Of a stretch of DNA of 64,000 nt, positions 1-13,761 are shown one piece after another; within the stretch, counting starts at the first letter, position 1, and each line of letters begins with the position of its first letter. The DNA is from Zancudomyces culisetae HAW-14-8 (taxonomy: Eukaryota > Fungi > Kickxellomycota), in assembly GCA_052426225.1 (NCBI GenBank), contig JBNJNM010000010.1:1240001-1304000 (forward strand), written 5' to 3'. Position numbers and translations under genes: made by a program. Under the pieces are notes generated by a model that worked only from the letters and a program-made list of their open reading frames with translations, was not told where the DNA came from and ran no database searches.

Positions 1-480
1 GCAATGGCTGTTAGTCTGTACATGACATTTATCTGTTTCTAGATATCACACTTGTAATATTTTAATCAATTATTAAAGATAAAATACATACATGTAGATA
101 TAGGCGAGTACAACTTTCTTTTAGTTCCTGTAGCAAGCCATTTCATATTCGGTGATGTATCGTATATTTAAAAAGCTCAAAATAATGAGGATAATATTCA
201 AATTCACTACACAACTGCACCCTTATGCTCATCACTATTCCAATGCTATGTTATGTATGTGTCTATATTAGACCTAAAAAAAACTGTTTAATGTACATAA
301 CATACAATTATGCAAATGCATCTGTGCTCCAAGTTTGATACCATGTACTATTCCCAACCTCTATAAAAGGGCAAAATAAGTTTGAATAAACAAAAATAGA
401 TGGTATAATTTTGTTTGATAAACATTATCATGTAGTTTGATTATGATATCCAAGAGTTATTCTCCAGCTCCTACTTGTAT

Positions 481-516
481 AGTGATAGTGATAGTGATAG
501 TGATAGTGATAGTGAT
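481..516. repeat. (AGTGAT)6 microsatellite
   Basis: Six tandem AGTGAT units read directly. Confidence 0.9.
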
Positions 517-931
517 GATGATATTAGTAGCCACCCTCTTTAAATTAAATATTACAACATGCCTTAAATAACACCCGAGTTAAATCTGGTTCAATTCTAC
601 TACAACTCATTATTATTCGATTTGATTTTTTTTTTCTCGATCACCTTTCAGTAATTTATATTTTTTTATTGAATTTCAATTTAGCCAAAAAAAACGTAAT
701 AACGAAGCTGATTTAATACTGAAAATTTTTTTTGTACTATAAAACCGCAAATCATATTCCAAGACTACAAATCAAACTTGATGCTAAGGCTAAATTACAA
801 TATTTTGTCCCCCCCTTTTCCACTATTCTTTCTTCCCGCCTCGCACCAAAATCTATAAATAAATATTATATACTCATATATTTTGCAAAGAAATATATAT
901 TAATTTGCGTGAACAAGGTGTTAATTTAAAA

Positions 932-1806
932 ATGAGTGAAAATATCTGGGTTTCAATAGCTGATGGGAACGTCGATCGGGTCAAGGAATTGATATCTGCT
1001 GATGTACAATACGCCAACATCCAGGACGATAATGGCTACTCGCCATTGTAAGTTTTATTTCGTTTCTTCTATCTACATTTCGACACATTATAACATTTTT
1101 AAAACATACTCCTCTATCCCGACAGCTAAAGACACCATTTCAAGAGATTATTTAATCCGATTATATAGACATGCTGCATCTTCGTATAACAATTTAGAAT
1201 TGATCGATTTTATCCTACAAAACGGTGGAAATGTAAATATTCTTGATAACGATGGCGATTCCCCTCTTCACGTTTGCGAGAGTGTGGAATGTGCAATACA
1301 TCTTATTAAAAACGGTGCAGACTACAAAATACTAAACAAAGATGGGTTCAATGTAAGCTCACTTGTATTTACCTTACTCATCTACCTGTGTACTTTTTAT
1401 ACTTTTATCCATTGAAACGACTTGTATTAACGCATTGTACAACAAAAACGTACTACACCCACAATAGGCGATTCAAGCAATTGGAATTAATGATCAAATA
1501 GAGGTAGCAAAGGGGGTATGTGATTATCTTGGTTTGAAATTGGAATTGCCAGGAGAAACAGGCAGTGAATTAGACTCTATAAATGGCAAGGGCGGAGATG
1601 ATGACGATGACGAGGGTTTGGATCCTGACGAGCTTGATGAATATCTCAATTCTGAGAGTTTAGATGCTATATTTGCCCAAATAATGCAGGATGCTGGGGG
1701 TGATGGAAGTATCGACGAAAATGAACTCAAAAGCTTGGTATTGGATTACATCAAAAAAGAAAAGTTTAAACATCTTGGGAACAGCGAGGATCAACCCCAA
1801 CAGTAA
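932..1806 (+). CDS. Ankyrin-repeat protein with acidic C-terminus (YCR051W-like); exons 932-1047, 1169-1352, 1468-1806
   Basis: The spliced frame gives MSENIWVSIADGNVDRVKELI..QDDNGYSPLHAASSYNNLELIDFILQNGGNVNILDNDGDSPLH. GT-AG introns keep the frame; TAA at 1804-1806. Confidence 0.85.
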
Positions 1807-2179
1807 TGTAGAACCTTGACTGCTATCCTTGTAATACCAAACGGAATGTGCAAAAATAGAATAAAACAATCATCTATATCTTTTTCCTTGTCTAGTCTGT
1901 CAAAAATATATCTGGTATACACATGTATAAACGTATATTAGGTTCTGTTTTATGTTCACCAGACACTTTGCGACATAAACGATCAATTTACATTTAATTT
2001 GTTAAAATAATACTATAGCCTTTGAATATCTATCTAATAAAAATAACACTTTTGCTAATCAACAGCCAACACCCATTTAGCCATCTATAGATATATATGT
2101 TTTCGTATGTGTTTGTACCAACATAAAGCAAGTAAAAAACCTAAATTAAGCCAAGAACTAAATAAAATAAAAAAATGGA

Positions 2180-3887
2180 TTAATTGTTCCAACATTTGGA
2201 AGAGGATTTGAGGCGGGTTAAGGTTTTGACCGTAAGATTTATCTCTGGCACAACCGGATTCAATCCAGGAAAGTCGCAAATAAACGAAATCCCTGCTAGT
2301 GAGAGGTAGGAATGCAAGGGGTCTATCATAGTATAAAGTTAGACACACAAAAATAAGAAAATATGTTGAAAATACGCAAAAATAATTACTGAAGTTATGA
2401 CTGTATTATAATCATGTTGCACGATTTAGTGATTCAAAGAGATGCAATTAATTAAAAGTGACATTACCAGGATATGAGTTAGGTGTTTTCGAAACACCAC
2501 CGGTTGATCCTATACATTTGAAAACAAATTTTACAAGCTGGTTCTTGTCTATATAGCCGGAAAACCCAAGCATGGTAACACCTGCACCAACCCAAAATGT
2601 GTAGCATGTATCCTCCACTTTGTTTGTCCTTCCGCAAAATCCGCTTTTCTGTAAATCCAGAGCCCAATTTACTGTTTTGTCAATATCGGCTATGGCATCA
2701 AGTCGTCCTAACAATTTTAAACTCGCAATAGCACAGTAAAATGAACCTCCTATTCCATCAAGATTATTATTAGGTGTCTTTTTTTAAAAGTGATTATAGC
2801 GTTTTGGTACTAGACATGGGGTATTAAGGATTACCGTGTGATTCTTGGTTAATATTTTGTCCAATTCCACCGTCATAGTTCTATAAGCAATTTAGCAGAT
2901 GTTAACAAAAAAGAATAAACACATTATCAATACTATTGATATTCTTTTCACGCGTAGAAATATCAAATACCTACAATACATTTCAGGATAAACTCTACGA
3001 TTTGGTTAGAGTCAATACCGCTCCAGTCATTTAGCAAATATGATATCGCACAAGCAGTAAATACAAATCGCATATCTCCAACATGTTCGCCAGGATTCGA
3101 AACAAAACTAGCATAAGCAGTTGGGTTGTCAGAATATGATATTTATATTTAATTCTACGGCACACCCACTAGAGGCTTATGGTATCAGCTGAATTTGGTC
3201 CAAAACGTACCTTCCATCCTTCTTCCTCAAATACTTGAGTGCACCAATAAGACCCTTGCAATCGACCCGAGAATAATCATCGCCAAGTATTGCCAAACAG
3301 ACAAGAGCAGAGTAAGTGGCGGCTGAATTTGCCGAATTAGCGTATTTATTTTTGTATTCCAAATCCACAGCCCCTGGGAACGACCCACCTCTGAATCCAC
3401 ATATAGACGGATCACCACCTACAATAATTTTATGTTCGTATGTTGATTCTCTTCAATATTTTAATGTAAAGTAAATGTGCTTTCAGATTCATCGTTACTA
3501 ACATAGAGTCTAAAATTGAACCTACCACAGTTTTCTAAAGTAACCTGTTGCTTGTATATCCAATTTATCAAGTCTGCTTTTTTGTCGAGTGGTATTTTTT
3601 CTTCAATTCCTCCAAATAGGTCAATTCCCCCCAAACAAAATTGTCCTAAAACGATTCTACAAATAGTTGGTACTGTTTAATCTAATATTCATTTTTTTCG
3701 CCTAAAACTGATATAAATAATAAAACAAAAACAAAGCCAAAAAATGTAATTCTTCTTGTGTAAAAATCCAATTTTTCGCTAACCTTGTTGAATCGAGCCC
3801 ACAATATTCACCTGGAAGCAGGCTCAGGCATCTCTTAAAATACGAACAAAACTTATTCCTGTCCAATTCGCTCCCATCTATTTCCAT
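2180..3887 (-). CDS. CDC43: Geranylgeranyl transferase type-1 subunit beta (multi-exon)
   Basis: Prenyltransferase repeats: GFRG, ATYSALVCLAILGDD, GDMRFVFTAC, GQ..NQESH, GFCGRTNKVEDTCYTFW, DPLHSYL. The N-terminal YFKRCLSLLP..DSTR is typical of GGTase-I beta. Confidence 0.85.
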
Positions 3888-4293
3888 AGTGGATCCTTTG
3901 TATGTATGTTTGCCTGTACCTATGTAAGGATTTGATATGTTTTTCCGTTACTGTGTTTAATAGAGATATCGATAAACAAAGACCAAATGTCGTCTTGGTC
4001 GTGAGAATAGTAGTGAATGAATAATACAATTGAGTCTGTTTCCTTGAGGTGTTTCGGCTCCATTTGAAAACCAAAACATTTTTTTATACCAATTTTCAAT
4101 CGACTTAGGCCAATCATATGGTTTTCAGCGTATTTCTGATTTGCTTCTCTTTCATCGAATAGAATATTTAGGAGCAATACCCAGCACTCTTACCTAAAAA
4201 CAACACAAAAAAATACCAACTTGAATTGTAGATTTCCAAAACCAGACAAGATATAAATCACTAATATATGTAGCCTCGCCTTACCTCTTTGCG

Positions 4294-5306
4294 ATGCGCA
4301 CAAACGAAAACAGTTCAGAAGCCTCCACTGAAAACAGCATAGTATGGGATCCAGTACTTGATATCCACTTGCTTCAATCAATGGTGGGGCTCCGACCAAT
4401 AGGTACTTTAGATTATATCATAAAAGCTCACCCACTATCTACACAATATTTATGTTTTACTTTAAATACATTTAGGAATCCACAGAAACCTTAGAATGAT
4501 GAATATTTACTTGCGATTTACACAAAAATTAAACGATGAAAATGTTTCGATCGAACAGTTATGGGATAGAATTAAAGAATGGTACAACTTGGATGTGTTG
4601 GAGGATCTGGTGAGGCTCGACAACTTTTTTTGCCTAAGCTTTTTTTTCTCTACAATCTTTACCAATTTAGAATACAATTTTAAACTAGATGAAAATAAAT
4701 TTATTCAAAATAGGAAATCGATAGCGACACCGAGGATTCAGAAGTTAACGAATTAGGCTCCAAGTCAGTAAAGCGTGGGGCAAATGCAAGCGATGGTAAA
4801 TACTACAGCACAAAGATCTTACTTGAACCCGATATTGACTATGAAGACAGAGATTTTTGGCAAAAGGAAACTGAGTTTGTGCTCCCATGGGATGAATATG
4901 GAGCAATGATGCTTGAAAGGGCGGTTGAAGGTGTGAACGAAGATGAAGAAGCTCCTTATTCCTCACCCGCAGAGCAAGAGCTAGAATCCCAAGCTTCTAT
5001 TGAAATGACTCCAGAACTTGAGGAAGAAGGTGTGTACTTTATTTTCTTGCTTTATATACTTTTATAATTAGAGTCGGGATTGGGCAATGTATTGATTTAT
5101 TTATGCCGGAATTGCCAGCATTTTTGCAAATTATATTACTCTTTAGACATTTTCTTCTAAAGTATACTTAAAACTAACATTATATCTGTTCTAATACAGC
5201 GGTTGACAAAAAGCGGCTCAAGACAAAACAAGCTGCAAGTACTAAAAAGAAATCCAAACCAACCAAGGCGAGTACCGCTACAAGAAAGTCTAAAAGGAAT
5301 AGATAA
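4294..5306 (+). CDS. EAF7: Chromatin modification protein Eaf7/MRGBP (NuA4 subunit), multi-exon
   Basis: W...DIHLLQSMVGLRPIGIHRNLRMMNIY, LWDRIKEWYNLDVLE and EFVLPWDEY motifs; basic last exon ends TAA at 5304-5306. Confidence 0.8.
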
Positions 5307-6043
5307 ACATCACTACCTCATCAATAACCATTATGGTGGATATCTATATCATTTTTGCCTGTACTTTTGTATAATTTTTCTGGAAATTCTTATATTGTAT
5401 AGTTGCGGTTACTATTTCTCAGGTTTCAATATTGTGTGCTTTTTTTTTACTTTTTGTAATACTATATATTAACTACTCAGGTTAGTACCTTTTATACTGA
5501 CGATAACCAACTTCAAGTATTGTGTTTTAATCACATTTTGGAGGCTATAACCACGGCTTGGAGACAAATCTGGATTTGGTAACATGATTTAAATTAGTTC
5601 CCAGATTACATAGCCTTTTTTTCATTTTTTTTTCTAAGCAAGGACAAGTATATTGTATTGTTACTCAATGGGCAATTGGAAAGTCGGTATCATGAACTAG
5701 TTGCGAGGGATTCTTAAGCTTTTCTCAAGGGACAGACAATGTATCCTTTTGTTTTTAGTTACGCGTGTTATTTTCATTTTTTACGTTCTTATGCAACCAT
5801 ACCATTACTAGACCCAAGGAGTCTATAAAGTTACTATTGGTTATAGGGTATATTTTTATACAGTTCCATCATTAACATTTATTGCTCTGTGATTGGATTT
5901 GTAATTGTAGACTCAAAAATTTAAATTCTGGTAAAATAGTAGATTGGTGTAATATTGTATTATTTTCTGATATTTACTTATCAAAATAGCAAAAAAATAA
6001 AAGGCGAGGACAAGGTCTTATTCTTCCATCTCTGCAATTAAAA

Positions 6044-6839
6044 ATGACAATGTTGGATACAAATCACGATATCGTAAATTTACCAAAGAATGTGGAGGCG
6101 CCTTTCCCAATCTATTTGGAAAGTAAAGTGATAAGCGGATATGGGCGCGGAGGAAAGGAACTGGGAATCCCAACAGGTAAGCTTATCCATTATAGTTTTG
6201 GTGCTAATTTCTATTAGTATATCCCAGGGTTGGCCGTCCTTTATAAATATGTTTTCTCAATAAAATACTTTCATTTTCTATTTTTTTAGCCAATATGTGC
6301 GAGCAAGCGGTGGAACAAGCCTTGGATAGTGTCAGTACTGGAATATACTTTGGTCTATGTAAAATCGAGTCTGAAGATGTGATAAGACCAATGGTTATGA
6401 GCCTTGGTTGGAATTTGTTTTATAAGAACAAAAAAAGGTCAATTGTAAGTTCTATATTTTAGTCTGAGCACAGGTCTTTATATTCTCTTTTACAGCTATT
6501 TTTTCTTAGCGGCTAATCAAATATACGGCTTCTATATATTTTTTCGTTGTTTGTGGATGTGTAGGAGGCGCATATTATTCACAAGTATGAGCAAGATTTT
6601 TATGGACAAGAAATTTCTACTTTGATATTGGGATACATACGGCCTGAAAGAGATTACAACGGTAGAGGTAAGAGTAGAGGCGCCTTGCTTTTGTATAGCA
6701 ATATCTTACAAAGTTTTTTGTTTTTAAAATAGAAAGTCTCATAAAAGACATAAAGGCTGACATAGACTTTGCTTTAAAGGCTTTGGAGTTGCCTGAATAC
6801 AGCAAGTACAAACAGTTTGAGGGATTTAACAAGAAATAA
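6044..6839 (+). CDS. FMN1: Riboflavin kinase, 4 exons
   Basis: [15 protein letters not shown] (split by an intron), [37 protein letters not shown]. Confidence 0.9.
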
Positions 6840-7704
6840 GCCAATCAAATGTGTGTTGTTGTCCACAAAGCCAAAGGAAGGGATTTTTCTTTAATATAGT
6901 GAGGGTTATAAAGACGAATACTTTTACTTGTGATATACAATGGCATTTTGCTAGCAGTTTGTTTTTCATTCCTCAGAGCCATTGAAAACCTCCCTTAGTA
7001 GGTATATTGGATTTATTTTATTTTACTTAGCTTGAAGTGTATTTAGATCTATCTCTGTGTGACATTTTTTATATAAAAGTTTTGGATAGTAGATATCGAA
7101 CCTTTATATTATTATTCTGTCCTAAAGATGTTTGCTTTAAAAATGAAAACCAAGAAATTGGGGAGCAGACATGGACCATTAACACTCGGTAAAAGTACTA
7201 CTTTAGGGTTTACCATTTGAATCCGCTCAATACTGTAGCGGATGTTCATACGCAAGCCTTTCTCTTATTCCGCGTTTTTATTTTGCCATGGTTTTCTCTT
7301 GGTTATCATAAACAACTATAACTAGCACAGGTTTTCTTTAAACGAGAATATAGATTGTACAAATATGTATACTCAAACGAGGTCACAGCTGCTGACCCAC
7401 GCGTATTGTCTTTTTCCATCAAACACAGTCCAAGCTTCATTCAGCTACTCTTGTTCGTTTTGTAATATTGCAGTAGTTTTAGTGGCCAAAAAGGAATTTG
7501 AAAAATAAAACAAACGAAATCGGCGATGTTCCGAAACATTATTGTCCAAATAGGAAGCACCAAAATAATTCTTTGGATTTTGTAAACAAAATTTTTGAAT
7601 AAATCTAAATCAGTTTAGTAATGTGCTGGTTTAGTTACAACCAAGTATTTACAGAGAATTAAAGTAATAACATATAGATATTTAACGTGTATAGATCGCC
7701 AGCA

Positions 7705-10700
7705 ATGAAGGTGTATAAAACCTATTCCAAACGAGCTAAATTAAAAATAGAAAAAGACAAGAGTATAGAAACCACAAGTTCAAACATTGACAGGAAAAAT
7801 TCAAAGCAAACAGAGGTAAACAGAGTAAGTAAAAATTACACTATTCTTCAATGAATGGCGCTGATTGAGTGTATAAACTATAGTGGAGTCTGAGAAACGT
7901 TAGAGCAAATGGCGAAGGTACGGCTACCGAGAAACAAGCCACCGAAAGCGACCCAAAAGATCTTTTAAGCAGTAAACTAGCCGTCGAAAAACACAATTCT
8001 TATACTAGACAAACGCTGAGAAAAAGACAGCGGGACACAATTGTAAAAAAGGCTAAAAGCGAATACAAAGAGCCCTGTTTAAGTGAAGAGGATGTACCTG
8101 TGTCTGATTTGGAAAATGATAGTGAATATATGGATACTGATCCCAACTACACAGCTGATACTAAAAAAAATGTCAAAAGTGGAAGAAAAAGCAAGACAAA
8201 GAAGACAAAGTATGATGTACACAAGAAAGTTGCTGCAGTTTTAGATCTTGTAGATATGAACACGGTACAAAACCATGTTGGAGGGAGTTCAGATATCAAA
8301 AAAAGACAAGGAGTAAATAAGCACTTCGACCAGGAATCATCAATCGTATCTATAAAAAAAACTAAACAGATAAAACCAGATAAAGTTTTCCAAGACACAA
8401 AAAAACCTGCAACTGTGCCCATAAACGAAAATACAACTAAGAAACACATCAATATGATATCAGAGAGCGTTAACTATACCCAGTATGCTGTTAAACATAG
8501 CAAATTTACTAGTGAAAACGAGCAGAAGGCTCTGGGGGATGTAATAGATAGCAGATTGCTTTGTACAAAAACGATAGCCACTAAGAGTAAAAATGTTGAA
8601 AAAAGTGTTGAACCACCAGTACCAAAAAACCATAGATCTAATGAAGAAAAACCTGATGAACCAAATAACCACTGTATAACCCAGGGACGGGAAAAAAGCT
8701 GTTTCGGTAAAGACTATGAAGAATTATTCTCCTTTAGATGTGATTCTGAAAAGCATGAAAAACACTTGAAGATGGAGTTAAAAAATACACATCAAAATGA
8801 TGCTGGTGCTTCTAATGGAGGGTCACATGCATTCGAAGCTTTATCAAGAGATGTAAACAAAGTAAAAGTTGAGTCAGTGCCAACGCATGATACTCAAAAT
8901 GATCAAGAACTATGTACAAATTTTCAAGCATATGAACTTTCGTATAACAACAATGCTACTCAGAATAAGTGTTCAGTAGACTATAAAGACGACAAAAAAG
9001 TCAGATTTGGTTTTCTGGAAAAACTTGAAGTGGTAACAGCGTACGATAATGTAGATATTGATAGAACGGGGTTGGTCGATTCTGAAGTGGGTGTAGAAGG
9101 CCAAGAAAAAGTAAAGTATGGAGTATTGGGGGTGGTATCAAAGTTAAAAGACAATAATAAGAGCCCAAGTGTAAGAATCACTGATAGATCATTGCGTCGT
9201 ATCAGGCGGAGCACAAAGTTAGGTAAAATAATATTTGATTCCAAAAAAAACGTTTGCATTACGCCCACAGGCGATCTAGTGGAAAAAGGCCGAGATGCAG
9301 TTTCTGTGCTCAACAATGCTGAAACGACAGAATATGGATCTAGTTCTCTACAAGAATTGGACAGAAATAGCAGATTAATAAGTGCGGACAAACCCATTCC
9401 CGGTATATTACAAATAACTCCTGGTAGCAAGCATGAGAAAGGCAAAGAGATCAATACTGCGAAAGCAAAGACAGCTCAACCAGAAGTTGCAAGAAATTTT
9501 ATTAAAACCCAAGCAGACAATCTTGAAGATAGAGAAGCTAAAGTTTTGTATGAAAAGACCTATAGTGATCCATACACAAGCGAGAGGAAAACTGTAACAA
9601 CGCTAGATGAGAATGAACGTGCTGCGAACTCGGGAGACCCACCTGCTGATCACCAAGGGACCAATTCTTCAACAAGCATAGTTGCTTTAAACATCAGTGC
9701 CTCTAAAGTCATGAACATTCCTAAGGGTGCAGCAAAATCTAAACGGCGGGAAAGCAGCTACGGCCTGAAGTCAAATCTCAAATCACAGAAAAAGATAACC
9801 CGGTTGGATATTTTGGGAATATGTGGGCAAAGTAAAGCGTTTGAATTTAGTGAAAAGGGGTTAAATTCGGCCGGCTTAATAATTAGAGAGAATAAACCAC
9901 TAGCGGATACGAAAAACTTAAATGGTGTTGGGTCTGTCAAGAAAATCAATGAGGCGGACTTTAGTGAGGTTTTCAGTGCATATTTTGATACTTCGATAAT
10001 AAAAAATCAAGATAGGGGTACACTGGACGATGATTTTACTTTTGCTGATAGTGGAATTCCACCCTCTTCACGAACAGGTAAGTGTTATATTATTACACTA
10101 CATTATAAACGCCACATGTCAATAATACCAAAAAATCAAAAAATCAAAAATAAATAAATCTTATTACATAGCAACAAATGCGTTTCCCACCAGTGGTATT
10201 GTTGAGGCCGCTGTAAAGATTATTCCATTCGGCGAACCTAAGGGTGTATCACCGTCAGGTGGGAAACAGACTACTTTGCGTGATTTGTACCAGGAACTTG
10301 TTTCCACTTTGAGTCTAAGCTGGATGGCTGATAAAGAGAGGGTAGCTTTACTTGAATCTCGAAAGAAAAGCCTTGTTGAGATTGGTGCCAACGAAAAGGC
10401 TCTTGGGTCTAATTTCGTAAAGGCTTATAGGTAACCATTCATTATTTCATAAATTTCCACGCAGAACACGTTAAAGCTAAATACCTAATATGGATACCAA
10501 ATGAGAGGCCTTATGTTTTGAATGTAATAGGATTTGTGTATTTCAAGGGAAATTCCCCAAAAACTTTATTAGTGCTTGGGAAGATTGGAAAGAAGAAAAT
10601 ACAGAGTTATGTAGAAATGTACACCCAAAGAGGTACTCTTCAACACAAATGTATGCGGTGTTAATTCTTGAGTACGGTGGAGAACCGCTGGAAACGGTCA

Positions 10701-11505
10701 AGTTAACAACATGGAAGCAAGCACAAAGCATCCTAAGACAGCTCACGCTTTCATTGGCACTTGCGGAGCATCTTACATCTTTTGAACATCGCGATTTACA
10801 TTGGGGCAACATTCTGGTTAAAAAATGCGACTACCAGGCATCCTTCCTATATAGGAGGCTTAGGCTTTCCTCTGATTCTAAAAACCCTTCTGGTTTTGGT
10901 CTCGTTAGAATCCCCAGCCACGGTGTCCAGTGTACGATAATTGACTACACCCTTTCTAGACTTGACATTACCCTATACAGTGAAGTTTCCAAATCACAGC
11001 GGTCCTCATTGTTTACTTCTGCTACTTCTCTCGATTTTTTTGGTTCTTTATCTCCTGCTTACCAAAACAGAAACAGTTCGGATTACCTATTTTATGTGAA
11101 TCTAAAAGACCCAGCTCTTTTCAAAGGAGTAGGTGATATTCAGTACGATATATACCGCCAAATGCAGCGCCTCATTAATAACGGTGATTGGTCTCAGTTT
11201 ACCCCCAAATCAAATGTTTTGGTAAGTCCAGTGTTTTTATTTCTCACTACAAGAGCATATCAATTTTCTAATTCTGAGTTGATCTAAATACTATGTAGTG
11301 GCTGGTATATGTTTTGAAGAAACTGTTGGAAAAGCCATATTCAAGCTCCGGAAAACCTCTGATGCTGCTTTATCGGCAATATGTAAAATCTCAAGTTACA
11401 GTTGCAAATTATGCTGAGCTGGCTGATAGCTGGGTTAGTTCATTTGGTAATTTTGATAATTGCACTCGCTTACTCAGTGCTCGTCTTCTCAAAATTCCCG
11501 AATAG
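7705..11505 (+). CDS. Haspin-family Ser/Thr kinase with long disordered N-terminus (multi-exon)
   Basis: N-terminal KTYSKR, KINEADFSEVF, AVKIIP, ILEYGG, FEHRDLHWGN, IIDYTLSR, GDIQYDIYRQM and W..F.PKSNVLWL are haspin signatures. Confidence 0.85.
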
Positions 11506-11893
11506 TGTTATATTCCTGTGCCCCGCCCCCCCCTCCATTCCTTTCTCCTCATGATTATTTTGTAAACTCACTACCTACCTGTTTATCTTTATTTTAGTAC
11601 ATTTCTATGGCTTGGTCCCTCCATTAACCTGTAATTTTATTTGCTAAATTAAATCTCTATTTGATACAAGGTGAACAATGAAGGAAAACAAAAGGCTTGG
11701 TTACAGACCAGCATACCACCTGAAATCGGCACATTTGATTTAAACAAATTAGGAATAAAGATGTGGAAGACTAACTTCGGCTTGTTACTAGTGATTTCTG
11801 CTATAAGAAAAATCCCCCAAATATTACATCCCCTAACCATCTGCGATATTCTTTTCAGCCTTGTTTTTGGGTATTTTCGTGGATATGGAGTCT

Positions 11894-12712
11894 TTAGCTG
11901 CGTGCGTTTACAATGAATGCTTCAATCTTGGATTTATCTTTTACCCCTTTTGCTCCACTAACTTCCGTACCACTGGATACATCCACCGCCCATGGGTTTC
12001 CCGCTTCAATTGCGCTATGTACATTCTGTGGTGTCAGCCCGCCCGCAAGCGCAACTTTAATTCCTGTACTTTGACCTACTTTTCGTGCAATGTTCCAATC
12101 GAAGCTCTGGCCTAACCCACCATGGACGTTTTCACCCTGAACAAAAGTGTCAAGCAAAACAAATGAATGATACCCAGGCGTGCTGAGCCTATTTAAAAGA
12201 TCACTGTCGGGTTCGGAGCTTTTCATGTGAAAAACTTTAACACAGGGCACAGGGATATCCAAACACATTTTAAGATCCTCGTTCCCGTGTAGTTGTACTA
12301 TATCTATTTTTGTCTCCTCAACCACCTTTAGGACCTCTTCCAGGCTTGGATTCACAAAAACACCTACCATCAATGGACACTTTTTTACACTTGTTTGACT
12401 TGCAATGGACTGTACACCCAAAACATTTTCGACCTGGACTGTGTTTTTACCAAACCATTCAATGCTGCTCTGCTTCGTGTCATTCCCATAATTCTCAATT
12501 CCGCTTGTTTTGATAACATGCAATCTAGGTTTGTTTTCAAGTCCACAGTGTTTGCGAACTGCGTTAACCAGTTCTGCAGCGTACTCGATAGAAATTTGTC
12601 TGTCTGATTTGGCAAATATCATTCCTATAAAATCTGCCCCAAAATCTGCCGCATTTATAGCGTCCTCAACTCTCTTCACACCACATATCTTTACCAAGGT
12701 TTTGCTTTCCAT
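11894..12712 (-). CDS. TRP1: Phosphoribosylanthranilate isomerase (stand-alone, intronless)
   Basis: VKICG, GADFIGMIF, VGVFVN, VQLHGNE, LLDT, GG.GQSFDW, LAGGLTPQNV, VDVSSGTE. Confidence 0.93.
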   Translation of the reverse strand: MESKTLVKICGVKRVEDAINAADFGADFIGMIFAKSDRQISIEYAAELVNAVRKHCGLENKPRLHVIKTSGIENYGNDTKQSSIEWFGKNTVQVENVLGVQSIASQTSVKKCPLMVGVFVNPSLEEVLKVVEETKIDIVQLHGNEDLKMCLDIPVPCVKVFHMKSSEPDSDLLNRLSTPGYHSFVLLDTFVQGENVHGGLGQSFDWNIARKVGQSTGIKVALAGGLTPQNVHSAIEAGNPWAVDVSSGTEVSGAKGVKDKSKIEAFIVNARS

Positions 12713-13161
12713 TCTGTTTTTTTTTTTGTCTTTCTATCTTACTTTTTAACCCTCGAGTTGATATGAGTCATAAGAGAAATAGCCAAAGCTGAAAAGAAAT
12801 TACTGTAAAGCTAGACAGTTTTTTTATCAATTCCCTTCTCCCTCGCTACTTGTGCTTTATTTGCTGTTTAATGAAAAAATACGCGAAATGAAATTTTAGT
12901 ACAAATGTGGAAAAACCAGCATATGGTCCAAATACAATCGCATAGTACAACGCACAACATCGGTTAGCAACAGCCTTACATTTACCGCTACTGTCCTGTA
13001 CTCACGTTTGACGTTTTCCTAACCACCACCGATATGTTGGCTATCAATCGTGCTATGTACTTATTTAATAGAAGCTAATATAATTTTGAACGAAAAAAAC
13101 AGCAAAAGCAAGAACAAAAACAAACCATTGTACATATCAGACTGCGATATAGCGTGAAAAT

Positions 13162-13761
13162 TTAATAATACAAAAACGTGTGAACTATAAGTATAACTAT
13201 GAAAAGCTCAATATAAAAAACACAGCTTGGCATTCCAGCTCCGTATAGTTCGGGGTCATTTGTTGGAAGTATTGGTACTGCCTCTGGTGGTTCAAATGTT
13301 GACTTACCCTTCGCTGTTCTATTAAAATTTTCAGTTGTAGCGCTGTTTTTACTCTTGTCTCCGTTTGTAGATGTGATCGTTTTGTTATTCTTTTTTGCTA
13401 CATCAGAAAACAAAAGCATTTCTAAACTGCTTGTTTCCTCCTGGATATCTACAACTGTAGAATCCACTGGAAATTCTGTTACACCCACCACACTTTTATC
13501 TCTGGAATCTGCAAGTGGTTGCTCTTTTTCTGTGGTATCAGTATTAGCGTTGGAGTCAGCTTCTATATGGGTACCAGGATACTTTGTAGCTCTGTATTCT
13601 TTGTTCTGTGCAACATCCTCCACATTTATGTTTATCTTGGTATCATACTCTGTATTTTTGGTTTTTAGGTTGATCGCTACCTTTGTGCTGTAGCCCTCTG
13701 GCCTTTTGTAACCGTCTTCTTGAACCACTTCTTCTAGCTTTGAAAGCAGCATGCTATCCAA
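13162..13761 (-). CDS. Hypothetical protein, internal exon (true start/stop not resolved; further exons likely near 13980-14190)
   Basis: 600-nt open frame with T/E/K/S-rich composition and a GT donor near 13233; no recognisable motif. Confidence 0.45.
   Translation of the reverse strand: MDSMLLSKLEEVVQEDGYKRPEGYSTKVAINLKTKNTEYDTKININVEDVAQNKEYRATKYPGTHIEADSNANTDTTEKEQPLADSRDKSVVGVTEFPVDSTVVDIQEETSSLEMLLFSDVAKKNNKTITSTNGDKSKNSATTENFNRTAKGKSTFEPPEAVPILPTNDPELYGAGMPSCVFYIELFIVILIVHTFLYY

Noticed and set aside
8147-10391. Minus-strand ORFs over the haspin gene (and similar shadow ORFs over TRP1, the acetyltransferase, the esterase and gag-pol)
   Set aside because: Antisense shadows of genuine coding sequence with no independent motifs.
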